This document shows positions 27,169 to 36,624 of a stretch of DNA of 64,000 nt, one piece after another (position 1 is the stretch's first letter; the number at the start of each line of letters is the position of its first letter). The notes beneath the pieces are model-generated. The model did no database searches. It saw only the letters and a program-made list of their open reading frames with translations, and had not been told where the DNA came from. A program made the translations under genes and the position numbers. Origin of the DNA: Candidatus Limnocylindrales bacterium (GTDB lineage: Bacteria; Chloroflexota; Limnocylindria; Limnocylindrales; CSP1-4); NCBI GenBank assembly GCA_036508755.1, contig DATCGV010000044.1, positions 560-64,559 of the forward strand, written 5' to 3'.

Positions 27169-29130
27169 TCAGACCGGGGTTGCCTCAGCGCCTGTGGCGG
27201 ATAGGAACTGCTCGCGATACAGCCGCGCGTAGAGGCCGCCGTGGGCGAGCAGCTCGTCGTGTCGGCCGCGCTCGATCACGCGACCGTTCTCAAAGACGAC
27301 GATCAGGTCGGCGCGCAGGATCGTCGACAGACGGTGGGCGATGGCAACGGTCGTTCGGCCCTGCATGACGCGCTCGATGGCGGCCTGAATGAGCCGTTCC
27401 GAAACCGTGTCGAGCGCGGAGGTCGCCTCATCCAAGACGAGGATGCGCGGGTTCTTGAGCATCACCCGGGCGAGCGCGATCCGCTGCTTCTCGCCACCCG
27501 ACAGCTTGTAGCCGCGCTCGCCGACGATCGTGTCGTAGCCCTCGGGCAGGTCCATGATCTGGTCGTGGATGGCCGCAATGCGCGCGGCCTCCTCGAGCTG
27601 CGCGTCGGTCGCGTCGGGCCGCGCGTAGCGCAGGTTCTCGCGCACGGACGAGTGGAACAGGAATGTCTCCTGCGTGACGAATCCGATCACCTCGCCGAGC
27701 GAGGCGAGGGTCACGCTGCGCACGTCGTGGCCGTCGATCTCGACCGAACCGTCATCCACGTCGTAAAGCCTCGGCAGCAGGTACGTCGTCGTCGTCTTGC
27801 CCGATCCGGACGGGCCGACGAGCGCGACGAGCTGGCCGGGCAGCGCCTCGAAATCGATGTCGGTCAGGCCGAACGGCGCGCGCTCGGCGCCGGGCGCGCC
27901 GCCATTGCCGTTGTCGGCGGCCGGCGCAGGCCCCGTGCCGTGTGAATCGGCAACCGTGGCTGTCGGGCGTGGCATGCGGCGGTAGCGGAAGAACACGTGG
28001 CGATAGCGGATCTGACCTCGCACCTGGTCGGCCGACATGACGACCGCGTCGGGCTTGTCGTCGATCTCGACGGGCAGATCCAGGTATTCGAAGATGCGGT
28101 CGAAGAGCGCGAGCGCGCCCTGCGCCTCGACCTGCACGTTGAGCAGCTGGCCAAGCGGGAAGAAGAGGCGCGACTGGAGCGTCGTGAAGGCGACGATGTC
28201 GCCGATCGTCGGCGCTGAAGACGCTCCCGTAATTGCCAGGTAGCCGGCCAGCCAGTAGACGAGCGCCGGCGTTATCGAGAAGACCGTGCCGACGATCATG
28301 AAGAACCAGCGCCCGACCATCGACTGGCGGATCTGCAGCGCCGCCAGCTTCGAGTTGGCCTGGCGATAGCGGGCAATGACTGCGGCCTGCTGGCCGAACG
28401 TCTTGGTCAGCAGCATGCCGCTGACGCTGACGGTCTCCTCGGCGATGGCGGTGATGTCGGCCAGGCTGGCCTGGGTCATCGCCGCGACGCGGCGCCGTAT
28501 CTTGCCCACACGATAGGTCAGGAACAGGAAGATCGGCAGCATGCCCAGCGACAGCACCGTCAGTCGCCAGTCGAGCAGGATCATGGCCAGGACGGTCGAG
28601 ATGACCGTGACCAGGTTGGCGAAGGTGCTGCTGGCCGTGTCGGTGACGATGCTCTGGATGCCACCGACGTCGTTCGACAGCCGGCTCTGGATCTCGCCAG
28701 TGCGTGTCTCGGTGAAGAAGCGCAGCGGCATGCGCTGGAGATGCGCGTAGAGCGCGTTGCGCAGGTCCTGCATCACGTGCTGGCCGACGACGTTGTTGAG
28801 GTACGACTGGCCGACGCCGATCAGGCCCGAGACGATGGGCACGATGATCATCAGCCCGACGAACAGGTTGAGCAGACCCCAGTCGCGCTTCGGGATGGCG
28901 ACGTCGATGAGCAGCTTGAGCAGGTACGGGTTGACCAGGCCGAGCAGGCTGGTGATGACGATCGTGCCCAGCACGGCCGTTACCGAGAGTCGGTACGGCC
29001 GGAAGAAGCCGAGAATGCGGCGGACGGTCTGGTTGCGTCGCTCCGGCGGGACCGGAGGCGTGTCGCGACCGGCGCTGTCCAGCATCCGGCGCATGCCCCG
29101 GCCGCCGCCGCCGCCGCTATGCAAACTCAT
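27169..29130 (-). CDS. ABC transporter permease/ATP-binding fusion protein (exporter, MsbA-like)
   Basis: 6-TM N-terminal domain then Walker A GPSGSGKTTT, LSGGEKQRIALAR, LVLDEATSALD; about 45-aa Pro/Ala/Gly-rich insertion before Walker A; ATG at 29130 verified. Confidence 0.8.
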   Translation of the reverse strand: MSLHSGGGGGRGMRRMLDSAGRDTPPVPPERRNQTVRRILGFFRPYRLSVTAVLGTIVITSLLGLVNPYLLKLLIDVAIPKRDWGLLNLFVGLMIIVPIVSGLIGVGQSYLNNVVGQHVMQDLRNALYAHLQRMPLRFFTETRTGEIQSRLSNDVGGIQSIVTDTASSTFANLVTVISTVLAMILLDWRLTVLSLGMLPIFLFLTYRVGKIRRRVAAMTQASLADITAIAEETVSVSGMLLTKTFGQQAAVIARYRQANSKLAALQIRQSMVGRWFFMIVGTVFSITPALVYWLAGYLAITGASSAPTIGDIVAFTTLQSRLFFPLGQLLNVQVEAQGALALFDRIFEYLDLPVEIDDKPDAVVMSADQVRGQIRYRHVFFRYRRMPRPTATVADSHGTGPAPAADNGNGGAPGAERAPFGLTDIDFEALPGQLVALVGPSGSGKTTTTYLLPRLYDVDDGSVEIDGHDVRSVTLASLGEVIGFVTQETFLFHSSVRENLRYARPDATDAQLEEAARIAAIHDQIMDLPEGYDTIVGERGYKLSGGEKQRIALARVMLKNPRILVLDEATSALDTVSERLIQAAIERVMQGRTTVAIAHRLSTILRADLIVVFENGRVIERGRHDELLAHGGLYARLYREQFLSATGAEATPV

Positions 29131-29195
29131 GGTCCCGCCCTGTGCACGACCCGACGATCAACTGCCCGACCGTCAATCGCGGCTGACGGCGTCGC

Positions 29196-31361
29196 CTAAC
29201 CCGCGGGTTGTGGCGTGATCTCGGGCCCCTTGCCCAACCGTTCGGCACCCTCGCTCTCGAGCTGGCGCTCCGACTCCAGCTCCTTGTCCTGGCCGAGCCG
29301 GAGCCGCGTGGCAAAGAGCCAGGCCAGGGCATACAGCGCGGCGACGATCACCAGCAGGAACTGGTAGCCGGTGACGAGCGCCACGTACTCGATCGCGCCG
29401 CCCACGACCGCGCCCAGCAGGTTGCTGGCGAACGACATGTCGGCCATCGTCGACTCGCGGAACGAGTAGCTGAAGACCAGGTTGGCGAAGAAGATCGGCG
29501 CGAAGGCGAGAGCAACCGCGGCCAGGTAGCGCAACCAGGCCGGGTCGAAGATGAGCGACTCGGGCGGGATGATGAACGCCACCAGGAGCGAGACGAAGAG
29601 GGCTATGTAGAAAAGCGTCGGTTTCCGAATCGGGAACCTGTAGTTGACCAGGATGGCTAACAAGACGCTGCACAGGATGCCGAAGAACGAGAGCGAGTTG
29701 ACGATCCAGGTCGTGCCGAAGAGCAGGCTGAAGCTGGTCACGCTGCGTGTATTGAGTAACAGGAAGGCAACGCCCAGGACGAAGAAGTGCGGGCTGAACT
29801 TGCGGATGGTCGTGCCCGTGAACCTGGCTGCGGCCGCGACCGCGACAAGCGCGCCGAGGAGCACGATCGCCAGCGCAAAGATGTAGTAATCGGCCACGAA
29901 TGGCGTGCGCAGGTAGAGGAACGGCCAGTCGTCCGTGGCGGGCGTTGGCGTGGGATCGCCCACGGCGGGAATCGCACTGACGACGTCGCCGGGCGGCTGT
30001 CCGTTGGGCAGCGCGGCGACGAGCGGTCCGTCGGCCAGGGCCGCCTCGGTGTTGTTGTAGATGCGCACGAGCGGCTGCGTGCCGTTGAAGGACGACTGGA
30101 GCATGCTCGCGAGCTTGGTCACGAGCCAGTTGTCGCGGTAGTAGTTGTAGAGCACGAAAACGCCGTCAGGCGCGAGATGATCGCGCACCGTCTGGAAGGC
30201 CTGGAGCGTGAACAGGAACGACTCGAGACGCACGCTCGACTGCTGGCTGACCAGCGTCAGTGAGTCGGGCAGGGCGAAGATGACGAGGTCGTACTTGCTG
30301 TTGTTGGTGCGCAGGAACGCCCTGCCGTCGTTGTTGTAGGCAGTCACCCGCGGATCGCTGTAGGGGCGGTTGGGGTGCTGCTGCTCGCCAATCTGGAGCA
30401 GCTTCGGGTCGATCTCGACCGCATCGACGTGCCCCGCGTTGTGGGCCAGGGCGATTGCAACGTCAGAGCCGCTGCCCGCGCCGACGATGAGCACGTTCGC
30501 ATACGTGCGGCCCGGGAACCAGTTGTAGATCTGGTTGTAGAACGGCTCGAGGCCCGGCTGGCCCACGGGATGAAGGGCCTGGTGCGGAATGCCGTCGACC
30601 GTCAGCTGGGTGACGCCGCCCTGGTCCTTGTATTCGTTGATCCGGTAGTACGGCGACCAGATGTCGCTCGAGTGCGCCTGGCCCTGCTGGATGACGAGCA
30701 GCAGCACGGCAGCCAGGGCGGCGACGTTGACGAGCGTCAACGGGTTGAACCGGCGGCCCAGCTCGAGCGCCAGCACGATGATGACGGCAACCGTGAACCA
30801 GACGACTGGATCTGTGCCCAGGGCGGACAGGACCGTGAAGCTGGCAATGCCGGCCAGCGAGCCGCAGATGTCGATCGCGTAGGCCTTGAGCGGCGGCATG
30901 CTTTTGAGCAGCGGGCCCAAAGGCAGGGCCAATGTCGCGAGCAGGGACACGATGAGCGCCACGATCAGCGGCAGGATCAGGAAGTTCTGGTCCGCCGCAC
31001 TGCTCTCGGCAAGGCCGAAGAAGAGCTCGTCCTGGGATTTGACCTGGACGTTGAGCTGGAACGTGAAGACGTACAGCACGACCGCGGCGAGCAGGATGGC
31101 GAACGGCGAGATGCGCGGGTTGAAGCCGTTGCGGCCGATGAGGATGCCGAGGCCGATGCCCAGGAAGGAAGCGATCAGCAGGAAGTTGCTGAAGAAGCCG
31201 ATGTACTTGACGTTGGACGGGATCCAGCGGATGAGCAGCAGCTCCACGAACAGGATCGCGAAGCTGGTCAGGAAGAGCCTGACCTCGTTACGCCGTAGCA
31301 CCGTCAAAAGAGCCAATGGAATGGCCGCTCCTCTCTCATGGCTCTGTCGCCGAGCCGTCAC
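29196..31361 (-). CDS. polytopic membrane protein fused to a spermidine synthase-like (SpeE-type SAM methyltransferase fold) domain
   Basis: Central VLIVGAGSGSDVAIALAHNAGHVDAVEIDPKLLQIGE...FALPDS SpeE signature flanked by many TM helices; start uncertain (GTG at 31361 chosen; TTG/GTG alternatives at about 31318 and 31303). The track ORF N-terminus overlapping trxB was rejected. Confidence 0.65.
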   Translation of the reverse strand: MTARRQSHERGAAIPLALLTVLRRNEVRLFLTSFAILFVELLLIRWIPSNVKYIGFFSNFLLIASFLGIGLGILIGRNGFNPRISPFAILLAAVVLYVFTFQLNVQVKSQDELFFGLAESSAADQNFLILPLIVALIVSLLATLALPLGPLLKSMPPLKAYAIDICGSLAGIASFTVLSALGTDPVVWFTVAVIIVLALELGRRFNPLTLVNVAALAAVLLLVIQQGQAHSSDIWSPYYRINEYKDQGGVTQLTVDGIPHQALHPVGQPGLEPFYNQIYNWFPGRTYANVLIVGAGSGSDVAIALAHNAGHVDAVEIDPKLLQIGEQQHPNRPYSDPRVTAYNNDGRAFLRTNNSKYDLVIFALPDSLTLVSQQSSVRLESFLFTLQAFQTVRDHLAPDGVFVLYNYYRDNWLVTKLASMLQSSFNGTQPLVRIYNNTEAALADGPLVAALPNGQPPGDVVSAIPAVGDPTPTPATDDWPFLYLRTPFVADYYIFALAIVLLGALVAVAAAARFTGTTIRKFSPHFFVLGVAFLLLNTRSVTSFSLLFGTTWIVNSLSFFGILCSVLLAILVNYRFPIRKPTLFYIALFVSLLVAFIIPPESLIFDPAWLRYLAAVALAFAPIFFANLVFSYSFRESTMADMSFASNLLGAVVGGAIEYVALVTGYQFLLVIVAALYALAWLFATRLRLGQDKELESERQLESEGAERLGKGPEITPQPAG

Positions 31362-31422
31362 GCGCCGCGCAACTGAGAGGGCATGGTAGCGACGAACGCT
31401 GATACCGTCGGCTCGCGTCGGC

Positions 31423-32511
31423 CTACCCGGCTGTGGTGGTCGAAGCCTCCACGACGTCCTGGGTTTCCAGCCAGCGCTCGGCGTCGATGGCCGCCTTGCA
31501 GCCGTCGGCAGCGGCAGTAATGGCCTGGCGATATCGGTGATCGTGCACGTCGCCGGCGATGAATATGCCGTCGACCTTCGTGTGCGTTTCGTCGGTGACG
31601 ACCAGGTAACCCTTGTCGTCGATGTCGAGCGAGTCGCGGAAGATGTCGGTGTTGGGCTTGTAGCCGATGGCGATGAACAGCCCTTCCATGGGCTCATCCT
31701 GCTCGCCGCCGGCGACCGTGTCGCGCAGGCGCAGGCCCTCGACCTTCTCGTCGCCGAGCACGTCGGCGACCTCGGTGTTCCAGCGCACGCTGACCTTGGG
31801 ATTGTTCAGGGTGCGGTCCTGCATGATCTTGCTGCCGCGGAACCTGTCACGCCGGTGGAGGAGCACGACTTCGCGCGCGAAGCGGGTCAGGAACGTGGCC
31901 TCCTCGAGAGCCGTGTCGCCACCGCCGACCACGGCCACCTTCTTGCCACGAAAGAAGAAGCCGTCACACGTCGCGCAGGCGGACACGCCGCGGCCACGCA
32001 GCCGGGTCTCGTTGTCCAGTCCCAGCCACAGCGCCGAGGCGCCCGTCGCGACGATGACCGAGTCGGCGCTGAACTCGACCTTGTCGGCCCAGACGCGGAA
32101 AGGGCGCCCCGAGAAGTCGACACGCTCGGCGTCCACGTCGACGAAGCGCGTGCCGAAGCGCTCGGCCTGCTCGCGGAACTTCTGCATCAGCTCGGGGCCC
32201 TGGATGCCGTCGGGGAAACCCGGGAAGTTCTCGACATCGCTCGTGATCATCAGCTGGCCACCGGGCGCGTAGCCGCCGATGACGATCGGCTCGAGGTTCG
32301 CGCGCGCCGCGTAAATCGCCGCGGTCAGGCCCGCGGGCCCGGAGCCGACGATCAGCACCTTCGCGTCGTTGCCGTGGCCTTCTGTGGCAGTGCCATTACC
32401 CGCCGACTTGAGCGGCACTGGCGCGTGCTCGTCGGTCACGTCTGCGGGCGCGCCGTCGTCGACGATCGAGATGCTGGGGAAGCCCAGCTTGGTCATGTCC
32501 ACGGGCTTCAT
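31423..32511 (-). CDS. trxB: thioredoxin-disulfide reductase with about 45-aa N-terminal extension
   Basis: FAD motif VLIVGSGPAGLTAAIYAARA, redox-active CATCDGFF, NADPH motif VAVVGGGDTALEEA. Confidence 0.8.
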   Translation of the reverse strand: MKPVDMTKLGFPSISIVDDGAPADVTDEHAPVPLKSAGNGTATEGHGNDAKVLIVGSGPAGLTAAIYAARANLEPIVIGGYAPGGQLMITSDVENFPGFPDGIQGPELMQKFREQAERFGTRFVDVDAERVDFSGRPFRVWADKVEFSADSVIVATGASALWLGLDNETRLRGRGVSACATCDGFFFRGKKVAVVGGGDTALEEATFLTRFAREVVLLHRRDRFRGSKIMQDRTLNNPKVSVRWNTEVADVLGDEKVEGLRLRDTVAGGEQDEPMEGLFIAIGYKPNTDIFRDSLDIDDKGYLVVTDETHTKVDGIFIAGDVHDHRYRQAITAAADGCKAAIDAERWLETQDVVEASTTTAG

Positions 32512-32564
32512 CGTATCAGGACTGCATACCCCAGGGGAGTATGTCTTCCATGGCCCAACGCGGT

Positions 32565-33479
32565 TCAGTCGAGCGGGCTTGGTGCGCCCATTTCGCGGAT
32601 GTGTGGAATGACGTCGCGGCCGATGAGGTCGATCTTGGACAGGTCGCTGACGCCGCGGATGGAGACGATGGTGTGGTGCGAGCCCGCCTCGGCCCAGTTG
32701 CCCAGGCGCTCAACGAACGCCGCCGGCGTGAGCGAGCCGCGGCTGCCGTCGGCGCTGATCGAGACGGTCGACAGGTTCGTCTTCTCGATTGAGTCGTAGT
32801 CACGGCCGACGGCGTCGCAGTGCCGGCGCAGCACGTCGAACTTGTGGACGAGCATCTCCGGTGCGCCAAAGATGTTGCACGCGTCGGCGTAGCGCGCAAC
32901 AAGGCGCAGTGTCGTCCGCTCGCCACCGCCGCCGACGAGGATCGGTATGCGTGGCCGCGACAGCTGTTGCGGGCTGATCATGAGCCGGTCGGCTTTGACC
33001 ACCCGGCCGGTGAAGCTGCCCGAGTCGCGCTCACCGCGCCATGCCTGGTGGGCCATGCGCAGCGTGTCGTCGAGCAGGCGGAAGCGGTCGGGCAGGTCGG
33101 GAAACGGGATGCCCAGCGAGTGGGCCTCCTCGATATTCCAGGCCGCGCCGATGCCGAGCCAGGCGCGGCCGCCGGACAGTACGTCGAGCGTCGTCGTCGC
33201 CTTGATCCACAGGCCAGGCTCGCGGTACGGCACGGCACCGACCATCAGCCCCAGCCGAGCGCGCCGCGTGTTGGCGGCCATGAAGCCGAGCGTGGTCATG
33301 CCCTCGAGCATGGGCTCCTCGATCTCACCCACGCTGCGGATCTGGAACAGGTGGTCCATCACCCAGATCGAGCTGAAGCCGGCATCGTCGGCCGCGCGGC
33401 AGATGCGCGCCAGGGTCTCGCCGATGGCGGCATCGCCGCCGGGCCAGGTGAACGACGAGATCTGCAGACCGAGCTTCAC
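32565..33479 (-). CDS. LLM class (luciferase-like) flavin/F420-dependent oxidoreductase
   Basis: Bacterial luciferase-like TIM barrel pattern (GFSSIWVMDH..., LGIGAAWN..., ILVGGGGERTT); adjacent to the F420 biosynthesis genes; GTG at 33479. Confidence 0.75.
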   Translation of the reverse strand: MKLGLQISSFTWPGGDAAIGETLARICRAADDAGFSSIWVMDHLFQIRSVGEIEEPMLEGMTTLGFMAANTRRARLGLMVGAVPYREPGLWIKATTTLDVLSGGRAWLGIGAAWNIEEAHSLGIPFPDLPDRFRLLDDTLRMAHQAWRGERDSGSFTGRVVKADRLMISPQQLSRPRIPILVGGGGERTTLRLVARYADACNIFGAPEMLVHKFDVLRRHCDAVGRDYDSIEKTNLSTVSISADGSRGSLTPAAFVERLGNWAEAGSHHTIVSIRGVSDLSKIDLIGRDVIPHIREMGAPSPLD

Positions 33480-33510
33480 TATCGCCCGATGCTACGCGAA
33501 GTTGGTCGGA

Positions 33511-34293
33511 CTACTTGAACAGATCCATCTCCCGGGGCATGACTACCTCGGCCGTGACGGAGCCCTCAGTGGCTTTGAAGTCGACGCCGCGGACGAGGAC
33601 GACGGGCTGCTGGCTGGTCTTGCTCGCTGCGAGTTCGGCAGCTGAGCAGATCTCGTCGGCCAGGGCGACGATCGTCGAGTGCATCAGCCGGCCGTCGGCG
33701 TCCGGCCGGCCGCGCCAGTCGACGAGCGGCGCGATGCCTGCCACGCCGAGCGCCACGTCGACGATGCCGAAGCGCCACGGCCGGCCAAAGGAGTCACTGA
33801 CGATGACCGCCGGCGCGTTCTTCGTGTTCAGGTTCAGGCGCATGGCCAGTCCGTCGCGGATCTGACGTGCCGATGCATCCGGATCGTCGGGCAGCAACGT
33901 GACGAGATCGCCACGGCCGGTGTTGGAGGCATCGACGCCGGCGTTGGCGCACACGAAGCCATGTTTCGTGCGGCTGATGACGATGCCGCGCGCCATGCGC
34001 AGGACCTGCGCCGATTCGCGCAGGACCACCTCCACCTGGCGCGCGTCGCGGTCCCAGCGCTCGGCAAACTCGACCGCCTCGGCCCGGGGCTCGACCGTTG
34101 TCAGGTCGACAAGGCGGCCTTCCGCCTTCGAGACGACCTTCTGGGTCACGACGAGGATGTCGCCGGGCCGTGGCGCGAGAGCGGGCTGCTCGCGGACGAG
34201 GGCACGCCAGGCGTCGGCGATCAGGGCGGCCAGGTCGTCACCCCTCGCGACCTCCGGCAGCGCCGGCAGGGGAACGGCGAGGATCGTGGGCAC
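33511..34293 (-). CDS. cofE: coenzyme F420-0:L-glutamate ligase (stand-alone CofE, not an FbiB fusion)
   Basis: CofE-family pattern (ILVVTQKVVSKAEGR..., ISRTKHGFVCANAGVDASN, VIVSDSFGRPWRFG); GTG at 34293 one nt after the cofC stop. The first about 115 aa of the track ORF were rejected. Confidence 0.75.
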   Translation of the reverse strand: MPTILAVPLPALPEVARGDDLAALIADAWRALVREQPALAPRPGDILVVTQKVVSKAEGRLVDLTTVEPRAEAVEFAERWDRDARQVEVVLRESAQVLRMARGIVISRTKHGFVCANAGVDASNTGRGDLVTLLPDDPDASARQIRDGLAMRLNLNTKNAPAVIVSDSFGRPWRFGIVDVALGVAGIAPLVDWRGRPDADGRLMHSTIVALADEICSAAELAASKTSQQPVVLVRGVDFKATEGSVTAEVVMPREMDLFK

Positions 34294-34294
34294 G

Positions 34295-35005
34295 CTAGCG
34301 ACCGGCGGCGAAGACGAGCTCGCGCGCCAGCTCGTCGCCGATCGCCTCGAGCTCCATCTGTCTGGCCGGATCGAGCCTTTCCAGGTCCTCGGGCGTGTCA
34401 AGGTCGAAGCCGAGTTGCGCGTCGTCAACGACTTGTACGCTGGCATGCGCGGCGGCCGCCGCGCGCAGATGCGCCTCGAAGCTCTCCTCCCCGAAGTGCG
34501 GCTCGATCGTGGACGGTGGAGTGACGAGCAGCGCGTTGGTGCCTGTTCGCGCATCTGCGGGCGCGATCGCGACCAGCGGCCGGCCGTTGCCGGCCGCGAG
34601 CGCGGCGTCCGCTGCGGCGAGCAGGTTGTCGAGCGACGCATGGTTGATGAGCGGCAGGTCGGCCGGGACCATCAGAACGGCCGTCGCGCCGGCCGCGAGC
34701 GCAGCATCGCGGCCGGCGCGCAGCGCGCCGTTGAGGCCGCTGCCCGGATCCGCGACGAAACCTATGGAACCGAAACCCCGGGCAATTACGTCTAGCTCCG
34801 AATTGCTCGCAGTGACTACATGGACGAACCGGCATGGCTCCCAGCCGGTCAGCACGTGTATGGTGTTCGCCAGCATGCCGAGGACGAGAGCGTCTCGTTC
34901 CTCGGGATCGAGTGCGAAACCAAGTCGAGATTTCGCGGCCTCACGCGAGCGGATGGGTAGCACGGCGTGCAGCACGCTCAGGCGGGCTTGCGACGACCGG
35001 CTCAC
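34295..35005 (-). CDS. cofC: 2-phospho-L-lactate (or PEP) guanylyltransferase
   Basis: MobA-like NTP-transferase fold; AVLPIRSREAAKSRLG N-terminus typical of CofC/FbiD. Confidence 0.7.
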   Translation of the reverse strand: MSRSSQARLSVLHAVLPIRSREAAKSRLGFALDPEERDALVLGMLANTIHVLTGWEPCRFVHVVTASNSELDVIARGFGSIGFVADPGSGLNGALRAGRDAALAAGATAVLMVPADLPLINHASLDNLLAAADAALAAGNGRPLVAIAPADARTGTNALLVTPPSTIEPHFGEESFEAHLRAAAAAHASVQVVDDAQLGFDLDTPEDLERLDPARQMELEAIGDELARELVFAAGR

Positions 35006-35059
35006 AGGGCGATGGTAAGGCCGCGAGTGTTACAGCACCGCGTGCTAAAAGGAGGGCAA

Positions 35060-35620
35060 ATGGTCTCATTCAGACGGGCGCTGGTGGCGGGCGTGGCGAC
35101 ACTCGTTTTCGCCGGTGCATGCACGAGCATCAGCGCGCCGACGATCCCGCCAATCAGCATACCCACGATCCCACCGATCGGGCTGCCTGGCGTCGGTGGT
35201 AGCTTTCCGCCGATCGTTCTCCCGAGCGGCCTCGTGATCCCGCCCGGCCTTTTCCCGTCGGTTGACGCGAGCACCGGGGTGTGCCTGCTGGCCTCGCCGG
35301 CCGAAGTAAGCAGCATCTTCGGCTCCACCGCGACGGTGACGAGCAACGACAGCAATAGTTGCACGTACACGTTCTCCAACTTTGCCACGATCGTGATCAC
35401 GACCGACACCGGCGACCTGGCCGGCGCGCAGGTGCTCTTCGGAAGCACCGCCAAGCAGATTCAGGTCGGCAACGATGCGGCCCTGACCGGCGTCTTCATC
35501 GGGCAACCCGGTGTGTACGTCCAGCGCGGACAGAACCAGCTCCAGATCCAGGGCGTCCTGACCGGGTCAGACGACGCGACGATGGCCAAGCTCGTCCAGG
35601 TCGCGACGCTGGCCGACTGA
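35060..35620 (+). CDS. lipoprotein, hypothetical (Pro-rich repeats PTIPPI)
   Basis: Lipobox VFAGACT; strong RBS AAGGAGGG 6 nt upstream of ATG at 35060; 13-bp palindrome AGCACCGCGTGCT just upstream. Confidence 0.45.
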   Translation: MVSFRRALVAGVATLVFAGACTSISAPTIPPISIPTIPPIGLPGVGGSFPPIVLPSGLVIPPGLFPSVDASTGVCLLASPAEVSSIFGSTATVTSNDSNSCTYTFSNFATIVITTDTGDLAGAQVLFGSTAKQIQVGNDAALTGVFIGQPGVYVQRGQNQLQIQGVLTGSDDATMAKLVQVATLAD

Positions 35621-35657
35621 CGCTGGCAGCCGTAGTCGACCCGCGCATGAAGCGCGC

Positions 35658-36614
35658 CTAACGCGTATGCGGCAGGGCGCCGGCGAGCTCCAGGATCTCC
35701 TGGGCGAGCCGGCGCCTTTCTTTTTCCTCGCCGATCAGCGTCTGGGCAACGCGGGCGCGCACGCCCGATGCATTGACCGCTTCCTCTTCCGCGCGATCGA
35801 CCTGGTCGATGACGAGAACGTCGAGCAGTCCCGGCCAGGCGTGCGCGTAGTGGCGCGCGACGCCGGCCGCGCTCGGCTCGCCGCCCAGGCTGCGCATGAT
35901 CTGCGCCGCCGGCCCGCGCACCGCCTCGTGACTGACGATCGGACTGATGCCCATCACGGGTGCCTGGGCGGCGAGCAGCGCCGGCAGGATGCCCGGCACT
36001 GACAGGATCGGCGCCACGCTCAGGAACGGGTTGGATGGCGCGACGACGATCAGATCGGCTCCGGCGATCGCCTCGATCACGCCGGGTGCCGGAGTCGACG
36101 ACTCGACGCCGTCGAAGCGCAGCTCGAGAACGTCGTCGGCGTGGTGGCGGCGGACGAAGTAGTCCTGGAAGTCGAGCCATCCGTCGGCCGTCCGCACCTG
36201 TGTTCGCACCCTCTCGTCGGACATCGGCAGCAGCCTGGCGGAGACTCCAAGCGCGCGCGCCATGATGGCCGCCACGGTGCTCAGCGGGCGCCCGTCGCGC
36301 AGCAGCTTGGTCCGTCCAACATGAGTCGCGAGATCGCGATCGCCGATGCGGAACCAGCTCGGCGCGCCGTAGCGCTCGAGCATCGTCGTGGCCGACCAGG
36401 TCTCGTCGCGCACGCCCCAGCCGGTCTCGTTGTTGGCCAGCCCGGCAAGCGTGTACATGACCGTGTCCAGGTCGGGCGAGACGTGCAGCCCGTGGACCTC
36501 GAGGTCATCGCCGGTGTTGACCACGACCGACAGATCGAGCGCGTCCCCCAGCAGCGCGAAGCCATGCGCCATGCGCGCACCGCCAAACCCACCAGCCAGG
36601 ATCACGACGTTCAT
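35658..36614 (-). CDS. cofD: 2-phospho-L-lactate transferase (LPPG:Fo transferase)
   Basis: CofD/UPF0052 N-terminus VVILAGGFGGARMAHGF and conserved core. Confidence 0.8.
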   Translation of the reverse strand: MNVVILAGGFGGARMAHGFALLGDALDLSVVVNTGDDLEVHGLHVSPDLDTVMYTLAGLANNETGWGVRDETWSATTMLERYGAPSWFRIGDRDLATHVGRTKLLRDGRPLSTVAAIMARALGVSARLLPMSDERVRTQVRTADGWLDFQDYFVRRHHADDVLELRFDGVESSTPAPGVIEAIAGADLIVVAPSNPFLSVAPILSVPGILPALLAAQAPVMGISPIVSHEAVRGPAAQIMRSLGGEPSAAGVARHYAHAWPGLLDVLVIDQVDRAEEEAVNASGVRARVAQTLIGEEKERRRLAQEILELAGALPHTR

Positions 36615-36624
36615 CGGGCTGCCC

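Noticed and set aside
30375-31298. 307-aa plus-strand ORF
   Set aside because: Antisense to the SpeE-like membrane protein gene
33511-34641. N-terminal about 115 aa of the cofE track ORF
   Set aside because: Would overlap cofC; the GTG at 34293 gives a canonical CofE length
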